A DNA stretch of 64,000 nt from the human T2T-CHM13v2.0 reference genome, Homo sapiens. This document shows positions 62,670-64,000 of the stretch, piece after piece (within the stretch, counting starts at the first letter, position 1; each line of letters opens with the position of its first letter). The notes under the pieces are model-generated. The model saw nothing but the letters and a program-made list of their open reading frames with translations. It searched no databases and was not told where the DNA came from. Made by a program: the position numbers and the translations under genes. The stretch lies in assembly GCF_009914755.1 (NCBI RefSeq), contig NC_060928.1. The stretch is one strand, 5' to 3'.

Positions 62670-63020
62670 TGTGATGGTTAATACCGAGTGTCAACTTGAT
62701 TGGATTGAAGGATGCAAAGTATTGATCCTGGGTGTGTCTGTGAGGGTGTAGCCAAAGGAGATTAACATTTGAGTCAGTGGGCTGGGGAAGGCAGACCCAC
62801 CCTTAATCAGTCACCAGCAAACATAACACAGGTAGAAAAAATGTGGTAAGGTGAGATTGGCCTAGCCTCCTAGCCTACATCTTTCTCCTGTGCTGGATGC
62901 TTCCTGCCCTCAAACGTAAGATTCTAAGTACTTCAGTTTTGAGATTTGGAGTGGTCCTCCTTGCTCCTCAAGCTTGCAGACAGCCTATTGTGGGAACTTA
63001 TGATCGTCTAAGTTAATTAC

Positions 63021-63093
<73 letters not shown>

Positions 63094-63132
63094 CTATTGG
63101 TTCAGTCCTGTTAGAGAACCCTGATGAATACA
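62670..63132 (+). mobile_element. MLT2A1 3' LTR of HERV-L
   Basis: 'tgtgatggttaataccgagtgtcaacttgattggattgaaggatgcaaagtattgatcc...gagaaccctgatgaataca'. Confidence 0.93.
63021..63090. repeat. Compound (AT)11(AC)8(AT)16 microsatellite
   Basis: Perfect alternation inside the LTR. Confidence 0.97.
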
Positions 63133-64000
63133 GTGCCCCTCTGGGATGGAGATCCTAGAGGAAAGAGCAGGCAGCTATCTTTGCTGTTCTGCAGCCTCCA
63201 CTGGTGACACCTCCAGGTGCAGGAGGGACCCAGGTGAGGGTGAATAGGATCTGAAGTGCACCCCCAGCAAACCACAGCAGCCCTGCGGAAAAGGGGCCTG
63301 ACTGTTAAAAGAAAAGCAAGCAAATGGAAAGCAACAACAACAGCATCAACAAATAAGTCCCCACAAAAAAACCATCCCAAGGTCAGCAGCCTGAAACATT
63401 GAAGCTAGATAAACTCATGAAGATGAAAGAGAATCAATGAAAAAAACACCAAAAACTAAAAAAGCCACAGTGCCTCTTCTCCTCCAAATGATTGCAACAC
63501 CTCTCCAGCAAGGGCACAAAACTGCACAGAGGCTGAGATAGATGAATTGACAAAAGTAGGCTGCAGAAAGTGAGTAATAATGAAATTTGCAGAGCTAAAG
63601 GAGCATGTTCTCACCCAATGCAAAGAAGCTAAGAACAACGGTGAAACATTACAAGAGCTGTTATCCAGAATAGCCAGTTTAGAAAGGAACATAAATGACC
63701 TGATGGAGCTGAAAAACATAACACAAGAACTTTACAATGCAACCACAAGTATCAATAGCTGAATAGACCAAGCAGAGGAAAGAATTTCAGAGCTTGGAGA
63801 TTATCTGGCTAAAATAAGACAGGTACACAAGATTAGAGAAAAATAAATAAAAAGGAATGAACAAAATTTCTGATAAGTATGGGATTATGTAAAAAGACTG
63901 AACCTATGACTGATTGGGGTACCTGAAAGAGACTTGAAGAATGGAACCAAGTTGGAAAACATAATTCAGGATATCAACCAGGAGAGCTTTCCCAACCTAG

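Larger units (their letters stand above)
61895..64000 (+). mobile_element. Older L1PA (about PA8-PA13) 5' end: 5'UTR split by HERV-L, then disrupted ORF1 running off the window
   Basis: 5' 'gg...agatggccgactaga...actgaggtatccagg'; UTR resumes at 63133; ORF1 peptide KFAELKEHVLTQCKEAKN...LERNINDLMELKN with in-frame stops. Confidence 0.88.

Overview
This is primate (catarrhine, human-like) genomic DNA, intronic or intergenic, with no recognisable protein-coding exon, RNA gene or CRISPR array. It is a dense mosaic of interspersed repeats: about 10 Alus (J/S/Y and a monomer), L1PA4/7/8 and older L1 fragments, many L2/MIR relics, about 16 ERVL/MaLR LTRs (7 of them MLT2), a HERV-L 3' remnant inside an L1 5'UTR, and DNA-transposon MITEs (MER20, MADE1, MER8, MER2, MER53, MER91A, MER5). 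The longest ORFs in the track are repeat-derived and none resembles a host gene. I found no evidence for a new multi-gene system. Best leads: (1) an MLT2A1 LTR with a perfect DUX4 site and an intact splice donor; (2) a HERV-L LTR lacking its polyA and donor signals directly upstream of L1 ORF1; (3) an L1 insertion whose TSD junction creates an ATG opening a 246-aa ORF2 C-terminal frame; (4) a nested fold-back palindrome cluster at 18.4-18.6 kb; (5) several hairpin-forming TEs of miRNA-precursor type; (6) a short L1 3' transduction. Subfamily names come from recalled consensus features, not from an alignment run, and boundaries of old repeats are approximate.
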